Shown: positions 51,107 to 60,642 of the stretch, piece by piece | Position numbering within the stretch: position 1 is the stretch's first letter | Layout of the letters: every line of letters begins with the position of its first letter | Assembly: GCA_963663805.2 (NCBI GenBank) | Contig: CAXXMR010000010.1 | Span: 1-64,000 of the forward strand | Source: Sedimentisphaerales bacterium | GTDB taxonomy: Bacteria; Planctomycetota; Phycisphaerae; Sedimentisphaerales; SM23-30 | Length of the DNA: 64,000 nucleotides | Direction of reading: 5' to 3' | Notes under the pieces: model-generated | What the model was told of the DNA's origin: nothing | The model's input: the letters and a program-made list of their open reading frames with translations, nothing else | The model's database searches: none | Position numbers and translations under genes: made by a program

Positions 51107-54100
51107 TTGAGAGCTCGAAATTATTTAACAATATGTATTTTTCTGATTAGCGGTACGTTCTGTCAGGCCAATATATTGACCGGGCAGTTACCCAATTCCG
51201 CCCATCCTGATCTGATGTTCTGGCTCAAGGCCGATGAAATAGCCGGTTTAGATAATGGTGATTCGGTAACCAGTTGGGCGGATTCCTCGGCTAACGAACT
51301 GACTTTCATCGGCGGTCTTGTCGCGGCGGACACCACGGCCCATAGCCCAACTTACATCAGCAGCGGACTGAACGGTCTGCCGGCAGTAAATTTCGACAGT
51401 GCCGCTAAGCAGTGGATAGCTATACAAAACTCAGTGATTCAGGCTGACGGTCCTTTGACAATGATTATTGTGGCAGAAAATATCGACAATTCGGCAATAG
51501 GAACATTAGTATCTTTCAACCGCAGCGACAATGGCTATCATCAAAGCTCGCTTTACAGTGGCCCGAATAATATCATTCAAACTTCAAGCCGCACCAGCAA
51601 ATCCGGCGACGGCAGCAATACCAATTCATCCGTCTCCTATACTACAACCGCCGTTATCGCAACGGGACAGTTTGACAACGGCGTTAGTCCTGATTTCGGT
51701 GTACACGCAGCCGGCGTAAACGGTGCCATCACTGATGCGCCCGCAGCCGCCCGAAGTGCAAGTTACGATCGTATCAGTATTGGGGCCATGACTCGCCAGG
51801 CCGAAAGCAACTTTCACAGTTTTCTGGACGGTGAAATTTCTGAAGTACTGGTTTATAACCGAGTGCTGAGTCCCGTCGAGCTTAATGCTCTAGGTTATTA
51901 TCTGAGTCAGAAATATAATATTCCTGCTACCTACAATAACGAAGTAATGTACGACGGTGCCCCGAATCCGATTTATACCGGTTTGGAAGTCTGGCTCAGC
52001 GCCGATTCTCTCACCGGGTTGTATAACGGCCAACCGCTGGATATTTGGCCAGACCTGTCCTTTAACGAACATGCATTTCACGGTGGTTGCTGGGGTCCGC
52101 AAGGCGATACTCATAAACCTGTTTATCGTACATATCAGCTTAACCGGTTGCCTGTTGTGCGTTTCAGTGGTGATCAGTGGATGATGGCAGTTGAGGATAC
52201 TCAGTCACTTGTCGGGCCTCTGACGATGTTTGTTGTTGCTAAAGGAATCACTAATGCCGTTACCGAAATGGATAGTATCGGTACTCTGGTTGAAATGACC
52301 ACCGACGATTACGGCTATGCCCGCACAAGTATTAAGGCCGGTGATAACGAACTCCAGACTCACAGCCGGATGGGTAAATATACTCATGATATTGTCGAAA
52401 TGGAATATGATGACTGGGTCGTTCTGGCGGTGGCAACCTTTGCCCACGATACCTCTGCTACGCCAGCTTACGGGCCCCATCAGCCCTATGCTAACGGAAT
52501 GCCTGTTGGTGTGCCGGGCCTGTGCAATAACTCCGAGTATAATGTTATTGCTCTTGGTGCACATGCCAAACAGCATCTTCGTTATACCGAGGGCACGTAT
52601 GACGGCTATGGCGAATGGCTCAAAGGTGATATTGCTGAGGTACTGATTTACCGTGAATATCTCGATGAACAACAGATTCTCGCAGTAGGGGACTATTTAA
52701 CCCGCAAATATGACCTGGCTACCACCTATGTAAACCCCGCAGGCGAACTGACTGAAACTGACGGTAATACAGTATCCTTTGAACAGGGCGAAACCGCTGA
52801 CGTTTTTTCGTTAAGTCTGAATCAACCGCCCGCTTCCGGATGTACTGTCACAGTAGATGTGATACCCCATCATCGCGTAACTGATATGATGATAAATTCA
52901 TTGCTTCCTGGTCAGGCTGATGTGCTAACCTTTGACGCTACCAACTGGAATGTGCCGCAGGCAGTTACTGTTCAGGCCTGCGACGATGATATTATAGAAA
53001 GCGAACTATACGATTTCGAGACTACCGGTGTTATCAAATTCCATGTTCAGAGTACCGATTCCGCTTTCACGGACAAAGGTTTCAGAGCGGTTCAGGTTTT
53101 TCTGGTGGACAATGACGTGCGTCACTGGTCCATGCTGCCTTACGATTTAAACGAAGATACTTATATCACGCTTAGCGACATGGCTTTGCTGGCCGATAAC
53201 TGGCTGACAAATTACTACACCAACGATCTATTGAATTTCGCGAATGAATGGCTTTGTTCAACCAATCCGCTGGATGAAAACAGCATTCTGCCGCTCAAGC
53301 ACATTTCCCAGGTGGGTTCCGGCCGTGCCACCGCCTACAACAATCAGAATAAGATTGTCACTATAGGCGATAAAACGCATATTTCCTGGCAGGATTCCCA
53401 TGACAACTCATTCTGGACCAAAATTACCACCTACGACCGCACCACAGGCACCTTTTCGCCGACCTACACTATTGGTTCCGGTACGGATAATCATGGTGGC
53501 CCGATGCTCATAAAGGACAGCCAGAATTATCTGCATATTTTCTATTATCCTCATCACGAGCAGGTTCACTATCGTCGTTCGCTCTATCCCAATGACGCTT
53601 CAGTCTGGACAGCCGACACCCTTATCGGTGATTCGACATACCATCGCCTGACTTATCCTGTTGCGGTTTGCACCCAAGACGATAATATCCTGCTTGCCTG
53701 CCGCCATCGTGACGATGACGAATACTGGACTCTTGTACTTTACGAAAAGCCTTACGGCCAGTCCTGGCAAGGGCCGCGGATAATGGTCCACGGTAATGCT
53801 TCAGGCGGCTATACGAACTGGTCGCAGTCCTTATCGGTGGCACCGGACGGCCAAACAGTTCATCTTTCATTTGGATTTTACGAAACAGATTTTCCTGACC
53901 CGACATATTCCAATATCTCCTACGCTGTCGGATATCTGTATTCACCAGACCAGGGCCAAACCTGGAAACGTCAAAGCGGCCAGACGGTAACCTTGCCGGC
54001 GACATCTTACACCGTCGATCTTATCGCTGGTTCCTCCTGGCCCACTTCAACGTTAAGTGTCGGTCATTCCGCTAACACGGTAGCCCCGGAGGGCACTGCT

Positions 54101-54568
54101 TGGGTATTATACTGTACTGACAACCAATGGCCGTATGAGCCTCACCTAGTTCAGTTGAACAACGGACAACCCTGGCGGCGAATCAACCTTCTGCCGGTGA
54201 TTCAGGCCAAATGGCCCAATATGTCAGCTCTGTGGGGCAACCTTGCTTTCGACGCTGATGGTCGTTTATATGTCGCCTTGACACTTATGACCACCCCAAC
54301 CGGCAGACCTTGGGGCCACGATCGTGCCGAAGTTGTTGTAATGGTTTCGGAAGATCAGGGGAAAAACTGGCGTATATACCGCATCTCGCCCTGGAACATT
54401 GCCGTACCCAACTGGCACCCCAGCCTTGAGCGACCCACCCGCGGCGAAAGTATGCCCATACCTTCAGTGATGTTTACCCATGGTGAAAGAGGAACCGAAA
54501 ATACCCAGATTATGAGTAACGATGTTCTCTGGTGCGATTTCGAATCTCTGCTCAATTGCCGACAGTAA
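51107..54568 (+). CDS. Secreted multidomain protein: two LamG-like domains, Ig/Calx-like, dockerin-like, BNR-4-type propeller
   Basis: Signal peptide; WLKAD/WLSAD domains; NWNVPQAVTV; DLNEDTYITLSD; DNHGGP...YLHIFY.PHH, TYP, SPDQGQTW. Confidence 0.75.
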   Translation: MRARNYLTICIFLISGTFCQANILTGQLPNSAHPDLMFWLKADEIAGLDNGDSVTSWADSSANELTFIGGLVAADTTAHSPTYISSGLNGLPAVNFDSAAKQWIAIQNSVIQADGPLTMIIVAENIDNSAIGTLVSFNRSDNGYHQSSLYSGPNNIIQTSSRTSKSGDGSNTNSSVSYTTTAVIATGQFDNGVSPDFGVHAAGVNGAITDAPAAARSASYDRISIGAMTRQAESNFHSFLDGEISEVLVYNRVLSPVELNALGYYLSQKYNIPATYNNEVMYDGAPNPIYTGLEVWLSADSLTGLYNGQPLDIWPDLSFNEHAFHGGCWGPQGDTHKPVYRTYQLNRLPVVRFSGDQWMMAVEDTQSLVGPLTMFVVAKGITNAVTEMDSIGTLVEMTTDDYGYARTSIKAGDNELQTHSRMGKYTHDIVEMEYDDWVVLAVATFAHDTSATPAYGPHQPYANGMPVGVPGLCNNSEYNVIALGAHAKQHLRYTEGTYDGYGEWLKGDIAEVLIYREYLDEQQILAVGDYLTRKYDLATTYVNPAGELTETDGNTVSFEQGETADVFSLSLNQPPASGCTVTVDVIPHHRVTDMMINSLLPGQADVLTFDATNWNVPQAVTVQACDDDIIESELYDFETTGVIKFHVQSTDSAFTDKGFRAVQVFLVDNDVRHWSMLPYDLNEDTYITLSDMALLADNWLTNYYTNDLLNFANEWLCSTNPLDENSILPLKHISQVGSGRATAYNNQNKIVTIGDKTHISWQDSHDNSFWTKITTYDRTTGTFSPTYTIGSGTDNHGGPMLIKDSQNYLHIFYYPHHEQVHYRRSLYPNDASVWTADTLIGDSTYHRLTYPVAVCTQDDNILLACRHRDDDEYWTLVLYEKPYGQSWQGPRIMVHGNASGGYTNWSQSLSVAPDGQTVHLSFGFYETDFPDPTYSNISYAVGYLYSPDQGQTWKRQSGQTVTLPATSYTVDLIAGSSWPTSTLSVGHSANTVAPEGTAWVLYCTDNQWPYEPHLVQLNNGQPWRRINLLPVIQAKWPNMSALWGNLAFDADGRLYVALTLMTTPTGRPWGHDRAEVVVMVSEDQGKNWRIYRISPWNIAVPNWHPSLERPTRGESMPIPSVMFTHGERGTENTQIMSNDVLWCDFESLLNCRQ
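51210..51871 (+). repeat. Inverted repeat copy B (662 bp; partner 45006-45668)
   Basis: Encodes the same LMFWLKADEIAG...VYNRVLS peptide as copy A. Confidence 0.92.
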
Positions 54569-54629
54569 TTTTACCGCTGGATTATTTAACACCCTGCAAT
54601 TATTATAAACATAGAAACTTAAAAGAGCC

Positions 54630-57317
54630 TTGCTGCTCGCAATGGAAGGAATTACCCCAGTAATGCCTGAAAAATCCCCAATCCGTATAATGTTGGCTGT
54701 TCTATTAATTTTTGTTTCATTTGCCCCAGCGGATTCTGAAGTCTTGACCGATCATTTTCAATGGGATTCAATTCCCATGCCGCTGGACGAACAGGGCGGC
54801 AGACTGGGTCTTTCCGGCCATTTCTCTGGCGTACATAATGATGCTCTGATTATCGCCGGCGGCACAAACTTTGAGATTAGCGGAAATTCCCAGACCCGTA
54901 AAAAAATCTGGCATGATAAAATTTATGTCCTGCTCAAATCAAATGAATCCAGGCACCTTATTTCCAGCAATAGCTTCCTCAACGGTAGTGGTTTTATCTG
55001 GGAAAAATCATCGCTCACCCTCGATATCCCAACTGCCTACGGTGCTTCGGTCTCATGTAAGGATGGTGTGATATGTATCGGCGGTAAGGACCGGAATGGC
55101 AATTTGTTACCCGATGTATTTATGCTTAAGTGGCAACCAGAACAAAAGGAAGTTATTAAAGAAAGCCTTCCCGATTTACCCATAGGAGCCGTCGCTAATG
55201 CCGGCCTGATAGATAATGTTTTATACGTCGCAGCCTGTATTCGGGATCAGGGCAAATTCTGGTGCCTGGATCTTAATCGCCGTGACTCTAAAGGATTCGG
55301 ATGGATTGAGCTTGATTCTTATGATGGGCCTGCCCGGACCGCCGCGGTTTCCGGGGTTCAGAACGGATGCTTTTATATTTTCAGCGGTCGTATGCCCAAA
55401 GTCGAGAACGCCCAAACTAGCAAAGATTACCAGTGGCTCTGTGACGGCTATCGTTATAAACCCTGCCGAACTGTTTATAAAGGCCAATATCAAGGTAAAT
55501 GGACCAGAATTGCCGATGCTCCCCAATGTTTTAGTGCCGCCCCTCGCAATGTTCTTGGCATGGGCCAGGAACACCTCCTAATCTTCAGTGGCGACGATGG
55601 CAGTCAGTTCGGAATGTCCCTTGCTGAAAATCATGTCGGCTTCTCAAAAGATATTTACGCTTACCATACCATCACCAACACCTGGCGTAAGCTGGGCGAA
55701 ATCCCCACACCGGCGGTATCGACCAATGTTGTTGATTGGGGCGGTTACTGGGTCATTCCCGCTGGCGAGAACATTCCCGGCAGTCGTTCCGATGAGATAG
55801 TGTTCGGTCGCTGGCAAGGTGAGCGGAAAAGTTTCGGTATCGTCAATTGGATAGTGGTGATTGCCTATTTCTGCTTTATGATTTTTCTTGGCTATTACTT
55901 CTCCCGCCGCGAAAACAGCCCGGAAGATTTTTTTCTCGGCGGTCGCCGTGTCGTCTGGTGGGCCGCGGGCATAAGCACTTTCGGCACAGGACTGAGCGCC
56001 ATCACTTTCATGGCCATCCCCGCCAAATCATACAGCACCGACTTCCTCTACTTTTTTAGTCAGGTCATCGCCTGGATTATGATTCCGGTATTCGTCCGCT
56101 ATTTCATCCCGTTTTATCGTCGCCTGAGAGTCTCCACTATTTACGAATATCTCGAAATGCGTTTTAACCTTGCCTCCCGACTTATCGCTGGCGTTTTATT
56201 TGTCGTGTTCCAGATTTGCCGCATGGGTATTGTTGTTTTTCTGCCCGCGATTACCTTAGCTACGATTACCGGTATGGAACTCACCCATTGTATTATTGTT
56301 ATGGGCATCATCTGCATATTCTATACCGTTATGGGCGGCATCGAAGCGGTCATTTGGAGCGATGTTTTCCAGGTTGTAATTCTCATGGGAGCGGCTTTAT
56401 TGAGCCTTATACTAATAGTCGTCTCTTGTGACGGCGGCATAACCGGATTCTTCCATCAAGCCTGGGCCGACGGCAAATTCCGCAGCTTCGACTGGTCCTG
56501 GGACTACACTGTCCCCACCGTTTGGGTGATTTTCGTCGGACGTGTAATCGGCCATCTCAAGGAAATGGCCAGCCAGGACCTCGGCCAGCGTATGCTCTCC
56601 ACCCCCAACGAAAAATCCGCCCGCCAAGTGGTTTATGTCAATGGTGCCTGTGCAGTCTTTTCCGCTGTAATTTTCATGATGTTGGGTACCGGTCTTTATG
56701 TATTTTTCAAGGACAACCCCCATCTGCTCAGCCCCGACATGAGACACGACGGCGTATTGCCTTTGTTTATTGTTAGTGCCTTGCCTGCCGGCGCCTCAGG
56801 CCTGGTTATCGCGGGCATATTCGCCGCGGCCATGTCCAGTCTTGACAGCGGTATGAACTCAGGCGCTCAGGTGATTATCAATGACTTTTACAGCAGAGTC
56901 AAACCAAACCTCAGCGAGAAACATTATCTTTTCCTGGGCCGTATCCTTACGGTCGTATTAGGCGTGATCGGCACTGGAACAGCCTTATCAATGGCAATTG
57001 CCGGCGAAAAGATTCTCAGCCTTTGGGACCTAATGCTCGGTTTTATCGGCATGTTTACCGGCCCTGTAGCGGGCTTGTTCACGGTAGGCGTTTTCACCCG
57101 CCGCACCCATGGACTCGGTGGCCTGATCGGCCTGATAGTAAGTATTATAGTGGTTTTCGCTGTCCAGAACTACACCCGTGTAAACTTCTTTCTCTATGGA
57201 GCCGTCGGCATCGTAACCTGCTTTGTTGTATCCTGGCTGGCAAGCTTGATTATCCCCGTAAAAGCCAAAAACATCGACGGCCTGACTATCTACACTATGC
57301 CTGAAAGAGTTGACTGA
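54630..57317 (+). CDS. Kelch (NanM-like mutarotase) domain fused to sodium:solute symporter (SiaT-like)
   Basis: IIAGGTNF, AYGASV, CIGG, YHTITNTW, GENIPGSR; then FFLGGR, LSAITFMAIPAK, YEYLEMRF, FAAAMSSLDS. Confidence 0.85.
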   Translation: MLLAMEGITPVMPEKSPIRIMLAVLLIFVSFAPADSEVLTDHFQWDSIPMPLDEQGGRLGLSGHFSGVHNDALIIAGGTNFEISGNSQTRKKIWHDKIYVLLKSNESRHLISSNSFLNGSGFIWEKSSLTLDIPTAYGASVSCKDGVICIGGKDRNGNLLPDVFMLKWQPEQKEVIKESLPDLPIGAVANAGLIDNVLYVAACIRDQGKFWCLDLNRRDSKGFGWIELDSYDGPARTAAVSGVQNGCFYIFSGRMPKVENAQTSKDYQWLCDGYRYKPCRTVYKGQYQGKWTRIADAPQCFSAAPRNVLGMGQEHLLIFSGDDGSQFGMSLAENHVGFSKDIYAYHTITNTWRKLGEIPTPAVSTNVVDWGGYWVIPAGENIPGSRSDEIVFGRWQGERKSFGIVNWIVVIAYFCFMIFLGYYFSRRENSPEDFFLGGRRVVWWAAGISTFGTGLSAITFMAIPAKSYSTDFLYFFSQVIAWIMIPVFVRYFIPFYRRLRVSTIYEYLEMRFNLASRLIAGVLFVVFQICRMGIVVFLPAITLATITGMELTHCIIVMGIICIFYTVMGGIEAVIWSDVFQVVILMGAALLSLILIVVSCDGGITGFFHQAWADGKFRSFDWSWDYTVPTVWVIFVGRVIGHLKEMASQDLGQRMLSTPNEKSARQVVYVNGACAVFSAVIFMMLGTGLYVFFKDNPHLLSPDMRHDGVLPLFIVSALPAGASGLVIAGIFAAAMSSLDSGMNSGAQVIINDFYSRVKPNLSEKHYLFLGRILTVVLGVIGTGTALSMAIAGEKILSLWDLMLGFIGMFTGPVAGLFTVGVFTRRTHGLGGLIGLIVSIIVVFAVQNYTRVNFFLYGAVGIVTCFVVSWLASLIIPVKAKNIDGLTIYTMPERVD

Positions 57318-57343
57318 TTATAGTCTTAACAAAGGAACAAATT

Positions 57344-58543
57344 ATGAAATTTTGCAATCTGATTATTGTTATCACCATTTTCATCCTTATCGCCGCAACG
57401 ACAAAAGCGGATTACCCTGTATGCGTTAAAACTGATGGCGATTTCTGGATGGAAGAATCGGTTCAGTATATCCACGGTACGCAAGGTTACCATGCTATTT
57501 TAATCCCGTCATTGGTTGTTACCCGCGACAACACCGTTCTTAGCATCGTCGAAGGCCGCGTCGAAAGTTATGCCGACGATGCCGAGATCAGACTATTGCT
57601 CAAACGAAGCACCGATTCCGGTAAAACCTGGAGCGACCCCAGCGTTATATACGCCGAAAAAGGCCACAAAATAAGTATCGGCAACCCCGCCCCGGTCGTT
57701 GATTACGATACCGGAACAGTCTGGCTGTTTTTCTGTCGTAACAATAGAGATGTTCTGGTGACTCACAGTGACGATGACGGTCTTACCTGGTCCCAACCTC
57801 TGGACTTAACCACCAAACTTCGCAAACCCAATCAGATAGGTTTTTACGCCACCGGTCCCGGCCATGGCATCCAGTTACGCAATTCTTCCCACAAAGGCCG
57901 TCTGCTAATCACCGCCTACGCAGCCGAAATTAATGGCGATGAGAACGAAGGTATCCCCACCGGCACCCAGAAGAGTTCCAGCAAAAATTTCGCCATTTAT
58001 TCTGACGACCACGGCAAAAACTGGCTTGCTGGCCAAACCACCCGCCAGGGTAAACCTAACACCGCCGATGGTAACGAGTCTCTGGTCGCTGAGCTGCCCG
58101 ATGGAACTTTATACATGACCATTCGCGATAACCACGAGAGCGGATACCGCGCCTACGCCTTCAGCTCCGACGGTGGCGAAACCTGGTCAGACATTGGATT
58201 TGACAAGGATTTACCCGAATCGATTTGCCAGGCAAGTATACTGGATTTTCAGACCTGCTCCGGCCCAAACGGCGTGTTGTTTTGTAACCCTGCTGTCATG
58301 AATACCAAACGCAAGGACAAATCCGCCCGCCGCCTGCTTACCCTGAGAGTCAGCTATGATGGTTGCAAAACCTGGCCCGTCACCAAAACTATATATTTCG
58401 GACCCGCCGGATACTCCGACCTGACAGTCTTGCCCGACGGCAATTTTGGCTGCCTGTACATGCGAGGCAACAAAAGTTTTGTCGAGGAAGTAGTATTCGC
58501 CCGCTTCTCATACCAATGGCTCATCCATCATGACCTGAAGTAG
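57344..58543 (+). CDS. GH33 sialidase-family protein (RIP motif altered to LIP)
   Basis: Asp boxes STDSGKTW, SDDDGLTW, SDDHGKNW, SSDGGETW, SYDGCKTW; GPGHGI; NES; AGYS. Confidence 0.85.
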   Translation: MKFCNLIIVITIFILIAATTKADYPVCVKTDGDFWMEESVQYIHGTQGYHAILIPSLVVTRDNTVLSIVEGRVESYADDAEIRLLLKRSTDSGKTWSDPSVIYAEKGHKISIGNPAPVVDYDTGTVWLFFCRNNRDVLVTHSDDDGLTWSQPLDLTTKLRKPNQIGFYATGPGHGIQLRNSSHKGRLLITAYAAEINGDENEGIPTGTQKSSSKNFAIYSDDHGKNWLAGQTTRQGKPNTADGNESLVAELPDGTLYMTIRDNHESGYRAYAFSSDGGETWSDIGFDKDLPESICQASILDFQTCSGPNGVLFCNPAVMNTKRKDKSARRLLTLRVSYDGCKTWPVTKTIYFGPAGYSDLTVLPDGNFGCLYMRGNKSFVEEVVFARFSYQWLIHHDLK

Positions 58544-58898
58544 GCCAATGTTTAAAGCCGGATTAATAATTGCAAATCTATATTGCCAGGTTTCTGAAAC
58601 GTGGCATAAGCAGGAGTTTTGAGATGTCACAGAATGAGATATTGGAATGCAAAAAAAATGAACTTGATAGCCTGTATGAGTTTGACAGAAAGCCTGTTGC
58701 AAGCTAGATTTTCACGCTCTCCAACATACTTTTGGTACATTACTTGCTGTAGCTGGAACCCACCCCAAAACAGCCCAAAAACTAATGAGGCATGGCGATA
58801 TTGTCAATGGGCGCTTGAAAACCGGCCAGGTTGGGGCGCTGCAAAACCGGCCACTTTGATTATGGGTTTATAAATGTTGGTGGGGGTTTTTGCAAGGG

Positions 58899-59663
58899 TT
58901 AATCTTCTTTTTTTGGATTTTCGGGGTCGGATTGCTTTTTCTTGTTTTTCAGACGATAGCTTCTGCCGGTGATTTGGACTATTTCGGAATGATGCAGGAA
59001 GCGGTCCAGGATGGCGGTGGCTGAGGGCACATCGCCCAGAAGTTTGCCCCAATCTTCCAGCGGGCGGTTACTGGTCATGATTGTCGAACGGACTTCATAT
59101 CTTTGCATGATCACTTCAAAAAGATACTCGCCGCTGTTTCGGGGCAATTGTTTCATGCCCATGTCATCGATTATCAGCAGGTCGGGTTTCAGATACTTCG
59201 CCAAAACTTTGTCTATCTGTCCCAAAGCTTCATCCTGCATAAAATCGCGTACCAGATCGAAGATCGAACGATAGCGAACCGTATGGCCGTTCTTAATTGC
59301 CTGATAACCCAAAGCCTGGGCCAAATGACTTTTGCCGGTGCCGGGTGGTCCCAGGAATAATATATCGTTGCCCTGACGGATAAATTTGCAACAGGCAAAA
59401 TCGTAGATCTGTTTTCGTTTAATGGTATTGTTGAACTGCCAGTCGAAATCTTCCAGGGTTTTTAATTCTCGAAACCCGGCCTGCTTAATTCTTCTCTGCA
59501 TGAGTCTTTCATCTCTAATGAGAAGTTCATCCTGCAAAATCAGTTCTAAAAACTGATCGTATGAAAGCTGATTACCTACCGCTTCCTGGATACGAATTTC
59601 CAGCGAAGATGCCAGGCCGGACAATCGTAATTTCCTTAACGATGTTAACAATGATTCCTGCAT
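58899..59663 (-). CDS. istB: IS21 helper ATPase IstB
   Basis: GPPGTGKSHLA, LLIIDDMG, TSNRP...W, AILDRFLHH, GRSYR; AAGGAG RBS. Confidence 0.95.
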   Translation of the reverse strand: MQESLLTSLRKLRLSGLASSLEIRIQEAVGNQLSYDQFLELILQDELLIRDERLMQRRIKQAGFRELKTLEDFDWQFNNTIKRKQIYDFACCKFIRQGNDILFLGPPGTGKSHLAQALGYQAIKNGHTVRYRSIFDLVRDFMQDEALGQIDKVLAKYLKPDLLIIDDMGMKQLPRNSGEYLFEVIMQRYEVRSTIMTSNRPLEDWGKLLGDVPSATAILDRFLHHSEIVQITGRSYRLKNKKKQSDPENPKKED

Positions 59664-60642
59664 GTTTGTGCTCCTTGATTTGAAGGTTAGTAAAACAAAT
59701 ATTCCGTTTTCCCTTCTCGCCCAAAGGTGGAGGTTAAATGGCGGGGTTTGGGGCCGGCCCCAAGTAAAAATAGTTGCCGCAGGCATCCTTAATATTCATG
59801 ATCTCCAAATGTTGTCAAAGTGACAAATTCCTGATAATCGCTCATATCACGAATAATCGGATGTTCATCGATAAAGTTCATCATCTGCTGGTCCGGGATA
59901 TCCTGATCTAATATTTTTTGAATAGTTTGCAACCGCCAGGCTCCGTGATTGAGGGCTTTACGACAGGCATCATCTATTTGCTTAGGCGAATACGTGCCGC
60001 TCAGGCTCAATAGACCTAATATAGCTCTTTGGCCGGTTACGCCCCGGATTTCAAATAACTGCTTGGCCCAACGATGACTATGCTTACCGAGCAAAGCTGT
60101 TCTTTGGATCAGCCATTGGGCACCTTTTTCAATTTGGCTTTGTTTATGGGGATGGATATGCTGCTGGTTAGTCTGAAATCTGCCCGGTTCAACTTTGCTG
60201 TGCAGAGCGATCTGTTCCATTTTATGGTTGAATACCCGAACCAGACGGCTGTCCCAACGCACCCATACTTGATGACCCACAAATTCCGGCGGAACCGAAT
60301 AGTATGATTTATCAACTTCGACATGGCCATCGCGATGAACACTGCGTTTGCCTTCGTTAAAGGACGGGAAATAACTTTCCGGCAAAGATTTCAAGGCCGG
60401 CTTTTCGATTTCCAGAAAAACCTTCTCGACCTGCTGACGGGTAGTACCGTGAATACGTTTGTCTGCAATGCTCTTTTCCCAATGCAGAAGATGGGCGTTC
60501 TGCTGATTAAGGCAATCAAAATCTCGGCCTTTAAGAGCATTGGACTTAACATAATTTATACCATTCTCGACTTTGCCTTTGTGACGAGGCATATATGGTT
60601 TAGTGGGCAGGATGGCGGTACCGTAATGAACATAAAAAGATT

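Noticed and set aside
45006..51871. Diversity-generating retroelement TR/VR pair
   Set aside because: No reverse transcriptase, repeat far too long, no adenine-specific mismatch pattern
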